Assembly (NCBI GenBank): GCA_963741945.1 | Contig: CAVUKA010000003.1 | Location: forward strand, 668,522 to 732,521 | Direction of reading: 5' to 3' | Length of the DNA: 64,000 nt | Source: an uncultured Gemmatimonadales bacterium | Lineage (GTDB): Bacteria; Gemmatimonadota; Gemmatimonadetes; Longimicrobiales; RSA9 | Shown: positions 35,874 to 44,092 of the stretch, piece after piece | How the letters are laid out: every line of letters begins with the position of its first letter | Position numbering within the stretch: position 1 is the first letter of the stretch | Translations under genes and position numbers: made by a program | Notes under the pieces: model-generated | What the model saw: only the letters and a program-made list of their open reading frames with translations | Told to the model about the DNA's origin: nothing | Database searches by the model: none

Positions 35874-38111
35874 ATGCACCGAACTCCGTTGTTCGCGCTC
35901 CTGGTCGCGCTGGCCACCCTCACCCCCCGCTCCGTTCCCGCACAGCAGCCGGGCGACCGGCTCCAGCTGGGCTCCTACCTCGAGTGGGAGACCGTGTCCG
36001 GACCCCGCCTTTCGCCCGATGGGCGGCAGGTCCTCTTCACCCGGCGGCACGTGGACAAGATCAACGACCGCTGGACCGGGTCGCTCTGGCTGATGAACGC
36101 CGACGGCACGAAGCTCCGCTTCCTGGCCGACGGCGGTGCCGCCGAATGGTCACCCGACGGCGCGCGCATCGCCTACACGGCCCGCGGGGAGCCCGTGGGG
36201 AGCCAGCTCTTCGTCCGCTGGATGGACGCGGAGGGCGCCACAACGCAGGTCACCCACGTGACGGAATCGCCGTCGGACGTGGCGTGGAGCCCGGACGGGG
36301 AGTGGCTCGCCTTCTCCATGCTGGTGCCGAAGTCGGAGAGCTGGAAGATCGCCATGCCCGCGAAGCCGGAGGGGGCGAAGTGGACGGAAGCGCCACGCAT
36401 CGTCCAGAGCCTGGACTACCGCCAGGATCGCCGCGGCTTCAACGAGGAGGGGCACCGGCACATCTTCGTGGTCCCCGCCACCGGCGGCACGCCGCGGCAG
36501 GTCACCAGCGGCGACTGGGACCACACCGGCCCGGAATGGACCCCCGACGGCCGCGCCATCCTCTTCTCCACCCTGCGTACCGAGGATTCGGAGTACGCCT
36601 GGCGCGAGTCCGAGATCTACGGCGTGGACGTGGCCACCGGGAAGATCACGCAGCTCACAGACCGGAAAGGCCCGGACTATGCCCCGCGTGTGTCCCCCGA
36701 CGGCCGGCGCGTCGCGTACGTGGGCTATGACTGGAGCGATGACACGTTCCGCGAGTCCGTCCTCTACGTCATGGACGCGGACGGCTCCAACCCGCGGGCG
36801 CTCACGGCGTCGCTGGACCGCTCGCCCAGCGGGCACCAATGGGCGCCTGACGGCAGCGGCGTGTACTTCAACGTGAGTCGCGAAGGCGTGCGCGATCTGT
36901 ACTTCGCATCCCTGGACGGGAACGTGCGCCGGGTCACGGAAGGGAACCACGTCCTGGACGTGGCGGACATCCGGGGGCGTACGGCGGTGGGCGTGCTGGA
37001 GGGGCCGCAGGCGCCCGGCGACATCGTCGCCTTCGACCTCCGTCGCCCGAAGGAGATGCGGCAGCTGACCGCGGTGAACGCGGACGTGCTGCACGGCGTG
37101 GCGCTGGGCGAGGTGGAGGAGATCTGGTATCCATCGCTGGACGGCTTCCGGATCCAGGGGTGGGTGGTCAAGCCGCCGGACTTCGACCCGGCGAGGAAGT
37201 ACCCGCTCATGCTCAATATCCACGGGGGGCCGCACGCCATGTACGACGTGGGCTTCAACTTCGGCTGGCAGGAGCACGCGGCGCACGACTACGTGGTGCT
37301 CTACCTCAACCCCCGCGGCAGCTCCGGCTACGGCAGCGCGTTCGGCAATGCCATCAAGAACGACTACCCGAACAAGGATTACGAGGACCTGATGGCGGGC
37401 GTGGACACGGTCATCGCCCGCGGGTACATCGACAGCGACAACATGTTCGTGTACGGGTGCAGCGGCGGGGGAGTCCTCACGGCGTGGACGGTGGGGCACA
37501 CGGACCGCTTCCGCGCGGCGTCGGCCAACTGCCCCGTCATCGACTGGATCAGCTTCGTGGGCAACACGGACTCGCCGGGCTGGTATCGCAATTTCGCGAA
37601 CTACCCGTGGGAGGACCCGAGCGAGCACCTGCGCCGCTCACCGCTGATGTACGCGGGCAACGTGAAGACCCCCACCATGCTCATGACCGGCGTGCTGGAC
37701 CTGCGCACGCCGATCCCGCAGACGGAGGAGTTCTACGAAGCGCTCAAAGTCCTGAAGGTGCCCACCGCCATGGTCCGCTTCAACAACGAGTGGCACGGCA
37801 CCAGCTCCACTCCGTCGAACTTCCTGCGCACGCAGCTCTACCTTCGCTACTGGTTCGAGAAGTGGGGGACCCACGACGACGGGGCGAGGGGGCGCTGGGC
37901 GACCAGGGCAGCCACTGAGCCGGCCCCCCGTTCATGGCATTCCACGAGGAGGATCGATGAAGAAGATGATGCTGGGCCTGACGCTCGCGCTCGCGGTCAC
38001 CGGCGCCTGTGCCACATCGGGTGCACCGGGCGGGCAGAGCGGGACCTCCCGCGACACGATCGAGCGCGACGAGATCGCCGCGGAAGGCGGGCAGATCCGC
38101 ACCGCCTATGA
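35874..38111 (+). CDS. S9-family serine peptidase (prolyl oligopeptidase/acylaminoacyl-peptidase type), secreted
   Basis: ATG 35874 is preceded by GGGAGG, with a signal peptide present. The N-terminal beta-propeller has repeated SPDG motifs. The catalytic domain has nucleophile elbow VYGCSGGG, plus TGVLDLRTP and NNEWHG. The last ~75 aa are Arg-rich and overlap the next gene, so the true 3' end is doubtful. Confidence 0.85.
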   Translation: MHRTPLFALLVALATLTPRSVPAQQPGDRLQLGSYLEWETVSGPRLSPDGRQVLFTRRHVDKINDRWTGSLWLMNADGTKLRFLADGGAAEWSPDGARIAYTARGEPVGSQLFVRWMDAEGATTQVTHVTESPSDVAWSPDGEWLAFSMLVPKSESWKIAMPAKPEGAKWTEAPRIVQSLDYRQDRRGFNEEGHRHIFVVPATGGTPRQVTSGDWDHTGPEWTPDGRAILFSTLRTEDSEYAWRESEIYGVDVATGKITQLTDRKGPDYAPRVSPDGRRVAYVGYDWSDDTFRESVLYVMDADGSNPRALTASLDRSPSGHQWAPDGSGVYFNVSREGVRDLYFASLDGNVRRVTEGNHVLDVADIRGRTAVGVLEGPQAPGDIVAFDLRRPKEMRQLTAVNADVLHGVALGEVEEIWYPSLDGFRIQGWVVKPPDFDPARKYPLMLNIHGGPHAMYDVGFNFGWQEHAAHDYVVLYLNPRGSSGYGSAFGNAIKNDYPNKDYEDLMAGVDTVIARGYIDSDNMFVYGCSGGGVLTAWTVGHTDRFRAASANCPVIDWISFVGNTDSPGWYRNFANYPWEDPSEHLRRSPLMYAGNVKTPTMLMTGVLDLRTPIPQTEEFYEALKVLKVPTAMVRFNNEWHGTSSTPSNFLRTQLYLRYWFEKWGTHDDGARGRWATRAATEPAPRSWHSTRRIDEEDDAGPDARARGHRRLCHIGCTGRAERDLPRHDRARRDRRGRRADPHRL

Positions 38112-38361
38112 CGCGGTGGAGCAGCTCCGGCCCCAGTTCCTGCGCAACCGCACGAACGCGACGGCCGGCGTGGGGGCGGCCACGGTCGAGCCGGTGGTGG
38201 TCTACGTGGACGGGGTGCGCCGGGGCGGCGTGGACGAGCTGCGGAACATCCCCATCGAGTACGTGGTGCGGATCCACTACGTTCGGCCTACGGACGCGCA
38301 GACACTGTACGGGATGGGTCACGGCAGCGGTGTCATCCAGGTGGCCACCACCACCGGCTGA
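37957..38361 (+). CDS. Small lipoprotein with TonB-receptor plug-like C-terminal segment
   Basis: GAGGAGG RBS and lipobox LAVTGAC. The C-terminus VVYVDGVRRGGVDELRNIPIEYVVRIHYVRPTDAQTLYGMGHGSGVIQVATT resembles the plug motif (..DG...... L..I....I..I.....A..YG....GVI.I.T.). Confidence 0.65.
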   Translation: MKKMMLGLTLALAVTGACATSGAPGGQSGTSRDTIERDEIAAEGGQIRTAYDAVEQLRPQFLRNRTNATAGVGAATVEPVVVYVDGVRRGGVDELRNIPIEYVVRIHYVRPTDAQTLYGMGHGSGVIQVATTTG

Positions 38362-38364
38362 GGG

Positions 38365-40863
38365 TCAGCGGGACACCGTGTCCGGCAGCAGCACCGAATC
38401 GGGGCGCAGCAGCGAATCAGCGCCCGGGACACTCCCGGCCGGAATCACCGGCCGGGGCGCCGGCAGTGAGTCCGGGAATCCGAACGAGTCCACGGGCACA
38501 CCCAGCGGCGCCTCCGCGGTGTCACGCGGGCTGATGGGCGCGGCAGCGGGCTCGCCCTCACGCGGGAGACGCGGCCGCCCCAGGTAGCGCTCCCGCTCCT
38601 GCTCCGTCCGCGCCTTCTCCCCACCCCCGCCGAACAGGCCGGCCACCCACCGCCCGGCGGCGGCGAACGCGCCGCGCACCCCGTCCCATGCCCGGGCGAG
38701 GACGCCTTCCTCCGTCTCGCCCGCGGGGCAGATGGTGGCGGGAAGCTCCGATTCGAGGAAGAGTTCGCTGCGGGCGCGCCCCTGCGCCGGACGGCACCCG
38801 TGGGCGAGCACCAGTCCGCTCGCCGGGTCGATCTTCCGCTCCACCACGGACTCCGGCCGCTCCCACGCGTCCGGCGCCTTCCGGTCCCGGTAGGCCGCGC
38901 GCATGATCCGTCCCCACACGGGCGCGGCCAGCTCGCCGCCCGTCGCGCCCGCGGCGATGGGCTGTGGCCGGTCCATCCCGATCCAGACGCCGCCGGCCAG
39001 GTCCGGCGTGTAGCCCACGAACCAGGCGTCGAACCCCTCGTTCGTCGTCCCCGTCTTCCCGGCGGCCGGGACGCGCAGCCCCACATCGCGCACTTCGTGC
39101 CCGGTCCCGCGGTCCACCACGTCACGCAACAGGCTCGTGACCAGGTATGCGACGCCGGCCGAGAACGCCCGGTGCCGATGGACGTTCGAGCGCCATACCA
39201 CCTTCCCGGCCGTATCCTCCACGGTGGTGACCAGCCGCGGCGCCACGCCGCGACCCCCTTCGGCGAACGGCGTGTAGGCCGCAGTGAGCTGGAGCAGCGG
39301 GATCCCGATCGCACCCAGCGCCAGCGACGGCAGGACCACCATCCGCTCGTCGATCCCCGCGTCCCTCGCCGCACGCACCACGTTGTCCAGTCCCACCGCC
39401 AGCGCCAGACGCGCGGTGGCGATGTTCACGGAGTGGACGGCCGCCTCGCGCAGCGTCACTTCCCCGCCCGAGCGACCGCTGAAGTTCTCCGGTTCCCACA
39501 CTTCGCCGCCCGGCAGCTTCACGACCAGCGGCTCGTCGCTCAGCTCCTGGCTGGGAGCGTAGCCGCTCTCCAGCGCGGCGGCGAAAACGAACGGCTTGAA
39601 CGCGCTCCCGACCTGCCGCCTCGCCTGCGTGGCGCGGTCGTACGGCGAGTCGGCGTAGTCGCGACCGCCCACGAGCGCCAGCACGTCCCCGCTGTCCGCC
39701 CGCATCACCACCGCCGCCCCCTGGACGTAGCGCGTCCCCGCGGAGTCCACCGCGTCCTCGTCACCGTGGCGTCGGTCGCCGCGATACCGGCCATACACGC
39801 CGGCCTCGATGGCCGACAGCTGCCGATCGATCGCCCGCTCCGCCGCGTGCTGCACCACCGGGTCGAGCGTCGTGTGGACGCGGAGCGGGGCGGCGTAGAG
39901 CCCGTCGCCGAGCTCGTGCTCGAGCATGCGACGCACGGCCCGCACGAAGTACGGCGCCGGCGGCGGCTTGGCTTCGGGCAGCGGCCGCTCGGGCACGACG
40001 TGGAGGCGCGTGGACTGCGCCCGCTCGGCCGAGTCGGCCGACACGCGCCCCTGCGCGGCCATCAGCGAGAGTACCAGGTCCCGCCGCTGGCGGGCCCGGT
40101 CGGGGTGCTCGCGCGGGTCGTAGGCGTTCGGCGCTTTCGGCATGGCGGCCAGCGTGGCCGCCTGGGCGAGGCTCAGGTGCGTGGCCGGGCGCCCGAAATA
40201 GGCCCGGCTGGCCGCCTGGATCCCGTAAACGGAGCCGCCGAAGTAGATGTGGTTGAGATAGAGCTCGAGGACCTCGTTCTTGCTGAAGCGGTCTTCGATG
40301 GCGCCCGCCACGCGCATCTCCAGCAGCTTCCTGTCGAGCGTCCGCTGCTGACCGGGGAGCCGGTCCGGGAAGACGTTCCGGGCCAGCTGCATCGTGATCG
40401 TGCTCCCACCCTGCGCCACCCCACCCGCCCTCACGTTGGCCAGCAGCGACCCGGCCATCCGGCGCCAGTCCACGCCCCCATGGTGGTAGAAACGGCGGTC
40501 CTCGATTGCGACGAAGGCGGCCGGCACGTACGCCGGCAGAGAGTCGAGCCGCACGAGCGTTTGGGGCGACGGCGTCAGCCGGGCCAGCTGGTCGCCATTC
40601 CGGTCCAGCAGCACGGGCGCACCCCCCGGCTGGAGCGCCGACAGCCGCTCCACGGCCGGACAGCCACGCAGCCCGCAGCTCTGCCACGTCAGCCACCCGA
40701 GCAGGAGCGATGCCGCGGCGGCCACCAGCAGCCAGCGCAGCGGCGGCAGCCACCAGGCCCGGCCCCGCCGCCCCCGTCCCGTGGGGTCGCGGCGCCAGAG
40801 CGCGAGCACCGCGGATCGCGCGCGTGCGGGAATGGTTCGTGCACTTTTCGGCATGGGATTCAT
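38365..40863 (-). CDS. Class A penicillin-binding protein (PBP1A-type transglycosylase/transpeptidase)
   Basis: GT51 blocks EDRRFYHHGGVD, GGSTITMQLARN and RKLLEMRVAGAIE. Transpeptidase motifs are GSAFKPF (SxxK), HSVN (SxN) and AGKTGTT (KTG). The start is ambiguous (40896, 40863 or 40854). The C-terminal tail is Pro-rich. Confidence 0.92.
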   Translation of the reverse strand: MNPMPKSARTIPARARSAVLALWRRDPTGRGRRGRAWWLPPLRWLLVAAAASLLLGWLTWQSCGLRGCPAVERLSALQPGGAPVLLDRNGDQLARLTPSPQTLVRLDSLPAYVPAAFVAIEDRRFYHHGGVDWRRMAGSLLANVRAGGVAQGGSTITMQLARNVFPDRLPGQQRTLDRKLLEMRVAGAIEDRFSKNEVLELYLNHIYFGGSVYGIQAASRAYFGRPATHLSLAQAATLAAMPKAPNAYDPREHPDRARQRRDLVLSLMAAQGRVSADSAERAQSTRLHVVPERPLPEAKPPPAPYFVRAVRRMLEHELGDGLYAAPLRVHTTLDPVVQHAAERAIDRQLSAIEAGVYGRYRGDRRHGDEDAVDSAGTRYVQGAAVVMRADSGDVLALVGGRDYADSPYDRATQARRQVGSAFKPFVFAAALESGYAPSQELSDEPLVVKLPGGEVWEPENFSGRSGGEVTLREAAVHSVNIATARLALAVGLDNVVRAARDAGIDERMVVLPSLALGAIGIPLLQLTAAYTPFAEGGRGVAPRLVTTVEDTAGKVVWRSNVHRHRAFSAGVAYLVTSLLRDVVDRGTGHEVRDVGLRVPAAGKTGTTNEGFDAWFVGYTPDLAGGVWIGMDRPQPIAAGATGGELAAPVWGRIMRAAYRDRKAPDAWERPESVVERKIDPASGLVLAHGCRPAQGRARSELFLESELPATICPAGETEEGVLARAWDGVRGAFAAAGRWVAGLFGGGGEKARTEQERERYLGRPRLPREGEPAAAPISPRDTAEAPLGVPVDSFGFPDSLPAPRPVIPAGSVPGADSLLRPDSVLLPDTVSR

Positions 40864-40883
40864 TCTAAGCAGAGGAGCCCACA

Positions 40884-41255
40884 ATGAAGAAGGCATACAT
40901 GCCCCGTGCCGCCGCTCTGGTGGCCCTGCTCGCCGCCCTCACTCTCGGCGGCTGCGGCATCATGGGAGGCAGCAAGGAGCCCGAGCCCGCGTACGCCACC
41001 GTCACGGTGAACAACGACAGCCCCACAACGGTCACGGCGTTCGCGGTCCGCCCGAACGGCGTCCGCTACCGCCTCGGTACTGTACCCGGACTGACCGAGA
41101 AGCACTTCGATCTCCGCGCCGACATGGTCGGCCAGACCGGCGAGATGCAGCTGGTGGTGGACGTCCTCGGCACGTCGCGCCTCTACACGTCCGACCAGGT
41201 GTTCATCGACCAGGGCGACAGCGTGGAGTTCACGGTAAGCCACATGGTGCGCTAG
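40884..41255 (+). CDS. Hypothetical lipoprotein
   Basis: GAGGAG RBS, lipobox LTLGGC, 123 aa. No recognisable domain. Confidence 0.65.
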   Translation: MKKAYMPRAAALVALLAALTLGGCGIMGGSKEPEPAYATVTVNNDSPTTVTAFAVRPNGVRYRLGTVPGLTEKHFDLRADMVGQTGEMQLVVDVLGTSRLYTSDQVFIDQGDSVEFTVSHMVR

Positions 41256-41376
41256 CTGCGGCGGCGAGTCCAGGCCGAAGCGGGCTTCGTGGCGAGCGGG
41301 CCTCCGGTTGCCGTTCGGAGTGCGACGGCCGAAACTGGCCACGACGGCTGCACTGCGCCCTCGAACCCTGGAAACC

Positions 41377-41946
41377 ATGAGCGACGCCGGAACCGATGCC
41401 CCGATCACGCCCGACCCCTCTTCCGGGCCGCCCGCGCCACCCCCGCCGCTGGACCTTCGCGTGGCCGCGGTCACGGAGGCGGGCGAGCACCCGAACGCGG
41501 ACCGCCTGCTCGTCCTCCGCATCGACCTCGGCTTCGAGCACCGGCAGCTGGTCGCGGGGCTGGCCGGCATCTACGAGCCGGCGGAGCTGGTGGGGAAGCG
41601 CATCGTGGTCGTGGCGAACCTGAAGCCGGCAAAGCTGCGCGGCGAGATCAGCCAGGGGATGCTTCTCGCGGCCCACGGCCAGGAGAACGTGGGGCTGATC
41701 CTGGCGCCGGACGCCCCATCCGGGACGCGGCTGGAAACGGCGGCGGCTACCGGAGCGATCCAGTCCCGGGCCGCGTCGGCAGGTGAGCCGGAGACGGGGC
41801 CCGGTGACGTGGCCGCGGAGATCACGATCGACGACTTCGCCCGCCACGCCATCGTCGCCCGGCCCGACGCGGTGACGCTGGATGGCCGCCCGATCGAGCG
41901 CCCGCGGCTGGTCGTGGACCGCGACGCCTGGGGGCCCGTGAAGTAG
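41377..41946 (+). CDS. tRNA-binding domain protein (CsaA/EMAP-like OB fold) with C-terminal extension
   Basis: LDLRVAAVTEAGEHPNADRLLVLRIDLGFEHRQLVAGLAGIYEPAELVGKRIVVVANLKPAKLRGEISQGMLLAA matches the MetRS-C/CsaA tRNA-binding domain. ATG 41377 is preferred over the track start at 41308. Confidence 0.82.
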   Translation: MSDAGTDAPITPDPSSGPPAPPPPLDLRVAAVTEAGEHPNADRLLVLRIDLGFEHRQLVAGLAGIYEPAELVGKRIVVVANLKPAKLRGEISQGMLLAAHGQENVGLILAPDAPSGTRLETAAATGAIQSRAASAGEPETGPGDVAAEITIDDFARHAIVARPDAVTLDGRPIERPRLVVDRDAWGPVK

Positions 41947-42008
41947 CCCTCGCCCAACGAACCCCTTGCCGACCGCACCGTTCGTCGCCATCAAGGGAGG
42001 AAGCGGGG

Positions 42009-42332
42009 ATGTTCTTCCGAATGGCGGCGACGAGGATGAACCGGATGATCGCCTACTGCGGGTCCGACTGCGACGCCTGTCCCATCTACCTGGCCACGCC
42101 CGACGCCTGGGGCATCGAATCCGTCGCCGCGGCCATAACCGACTGCGACGGCTGCCGCGCCGGCGAGCGCCTCTTCGCCGAGTGCGAGGAGTGTGAGATC
42201 CGCACATGCGCCGTGGCCAGCGGCCTGGACGGCTGCGCCGCGTGCGACGAGTATCCCTGCGACTTCCTCCGCCCCCACCTCGCCTGCGATCCCGACGCTC
42301 GCGCACGACTGGAGCAGATCCGGGTCGGCTGA
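42009..42332 (+). CDS. DUF3795-like Cys-rich protein
   Basis: MIAYCGSDCDACPIY...CDGCRAG...CEECEIRTCAV...GCAACDEYPC has the Cys pattern typical of DUF3795. GGGAGG precedes ATG 42009; ATG 42048 is an alternative. Confidence 0.7.
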   Translation: MFFRMAATRMNRMIAYCGSDCDACPIYLATPDAWGIESVAAAITDCDGCRAGERLFAECEECEIRTCAVASGLDGCAACDEYPCDFLRPHLACDPDARARLEQIRVG

Positions 42333-42377
42333 GGACTGCCGCCGGGCCGCCGCGGCCGCCCGCGCCCCCCCGCCGGC

Positions 42378-42770
42378 TCAGGGGGCGAACAACCCCACCA
42401 CGGCGAAGCAGAGGGCGAGGACCGTCGCCAGCGGCGTCATCACCCATCGCTCCACCCGCGACCGCGACGACGCGTTCCCCACCGCGTTCAGCGCGAAGAA
42501 CACCGCCGAGACCCACGTGGCCGCGTGCACCGACACCGGCTCCGGCCCCGGCCGTACCAGTCCCGCCCGCGCCAGGACCACCCACCCCGCCACCGCCAGC
42601 ATGAACACCGCCGCGACACTCCCCAGCCGCAGCCTCGGAGGCAGCACGCGGTGCTCACCCCCCCATGCCGCGCGCCCGAGCGGGAACCCCGCGGCAAGGA
42701 GGGCCTGGAGGAGGATGACCCCGGCCAGCACGGCCGCGGCCACCAACGCTGCGATTTCTGGAAGTGTCAT
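42378..42770 (-). CDS. Hypothetical 4-TM membrane protein
   Basis: From ATG 42770 (MTLPEIAALVAAAVLAGVILL...) there are four hydrophobic helices. The longer track start at 42893 lies in AT-rich promoter-like DNA. Confidence 0.6.
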   Translation of the reverse strand: MTLPEIAALVAAAVLAGVILLQALLAAGFPLGRAAWGGEHRVLPPRLRLGSVAAVFMLAVAGWVVLARAGLVRPGPEPVSVHAATWVSAVFFALNAVGNASSRSRVERWVMTPLATVLALCFAVVGLFAP

Positions 42771-42867
42771 GCGTCCGTCCCGGGTCCGGGCGCAACCTAT
42801 GCCGCGCCCGCCCATGGCGCACGGCCGGCCCCATCGCCCCCCCGGGGCGGGGTCGGCGCCATTGTGC

Positions 42868-42896
42868 TTGAAAATGTGACGATCGTTGAACATATT
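42868..42896 (+). promoter_or_regulatory. Sigma70-like promoter upstream of the small-TM/ABC module
   Basis: TTGAAA (42868..42873), 17-nt spacer containing the palindrome ACGATCGT, then CATATT (42891..42896). This is the AT-richest patch of the divergent intergenic region. Confidence 0.4.
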
Positions 42897-43096
42897 GCGT
42901 CATTGACCGGGCGGCCCGCTGGATGGGCAGCCGGAGACTCACACGTCGGCCTGTGCGATCCGCGTCGTTTTCCCCACCCCCTGGGCGCACCACCCGATCG
43001 CGGGCGGACCTGAAATGCTGGAGCATCCAGCCCACGCCCGGTCCGCGACACGTGCTCGCGCCAGGTGGAGGGCCCGGAGACTCCCGGGGTGGGAGC

Positions 43097-43342
43097 ATGC
43101 GACTCACGCGGTACCGAACCGTACTCTCTCTTCTGCTCGCACTCGTCGCGGGCGCGACCTCACTGTTCATCACGCTGCGGTTCACGGACTGGCAGCGGAT
43201 CACCTGCGTGGCGGTGTCGGCGCTGGTGTTCGCGGCTCCACTGCTGCTGCGCAGTGAAATCGAGCTGCGCAGGAAGCGCGCGCGATCCGAGCGGTTCATG
43301 CGGGAGATCATGGGGGAGGCCGACGACGGTCGCGAGATGTGA
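43097..43342 (+). CDS. Small 2-TM membrane protein with charged C-terminal tail
   Basis: MRLTRYRTVLSLLLALVAGATSLFITLRF..ITCVAVSALVFAAPLLL then RSEIELRRKRARSERFMREIMGEADDGREM. GGGAG precedes the ATG. Confidence 0.6.
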   Translation: MRLTRYRTVLSLLLALVAGATSLFITLRFTDWQRITCVAVSALVFAAPLLLRSEIELRRKRARSERFMREIMGEADDGREM

Positions 43343-43474
43343 AGCGCGGCCCCGGTGGGCGGCGGAGTGCTGCGCCGGGGTGGTCGGTGCGCCACCCGCT
43401 TGCCCGCCGCCCCGGCCGCCGGTAGCGTTCGGGGCTCACGCACGACAACACGGGACGCACGGCGGGAGAAGCGG

Positions 43475-44092
43475 TTGGACGCGCTCACGGTACGGGGGCT
43501 GACCCGGAGCTTCGGTCCGCTCCGGGTGCTGGACGACATCGATTTCACGGTCCCGCGGGGCAGCGTGGCCGTGCTGCTGGGACCGAACGGGTCGGGCAAG
43601 ACCACGCTGCTGCGCTGTGTTGTGGGTGCGGAGCACCCGGACGCGGGGGAGGTGCACCTCGAAGGACACCGCATGGACGAGACGGATCCATGGGTCCGGG
43701 CTGCCGTGGCCGCGGTGCTGGACGACATGGATTTCTTCCCCGACCTTTCGGTGGTCGAGCACCTGGAGTTGCTGGCGCTTGCCCACGGCGGGGATCCTGC
43801 GGCCGTCGCGGGAGTGGTGACGGAGCTGGGTCTCGACCCGGCGCGGGATCAGCTGCCGGCGACGTTGTCCAGCGGCCAGCGTCGCCGGCTGGCGCTGGCC
43901 TCGTGCTTCGTCCGCCCTCGTCGCCTGCTCGTGCTGGACGAGCCCGAACAGCGCCTCGATGTGGGCGGCAGGGCGTGGCTGCGGGACCGGCTCCTCCGCG
44001 AGAAGGCCAGCGGCACGGCCGTGCTGATGGCGTCCCACGACCCCGAGCTCGTGGACGCCGTGGCCGATGTCCGGATCGAGCTGGGCGCGTGA
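43475..44092 (+). CDS. ABC transporter ATP-binding protein
   Basis: Walker A GPNGSGKTT, signature LSSGQRRR, Walker B LLVLDEPE, H-loop ASHD. TTG 43475 is preceded by GGGAGAA; the track start at 43355 adds an Arg-rich leader that is probably not real. Confidence 0.88.
   Translation: MDALTVRGLTRSFGPLRVLDDIDFTVPRGSVAVLLGPNGSGKTTLLRCVVGAEHPDAGEVHLEGHRMDETDPWVRAAVAAVLDDMDFFPDLSVVEHLELLALAHGGDPAAVAGVVTELGLDPARDQLPATLSSGQRRRLALASCFVRPRRLLVLDEPEQRLDVGGRAWLRDRLLREKASGTAVLMASHDPELVDAVADVRIELGA

Noticed and set aside
42871-42893. Upstream start at 42893 (MFNDRHIFKHNG...) for the 4-TM protein
   Set aside because: These codons lie in the AT-rich promoter-like patch, have atypical codon usage, and add a non-hydrophobic 41-aa leader. 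ATG 42770, directly before the first helix, is preferred.
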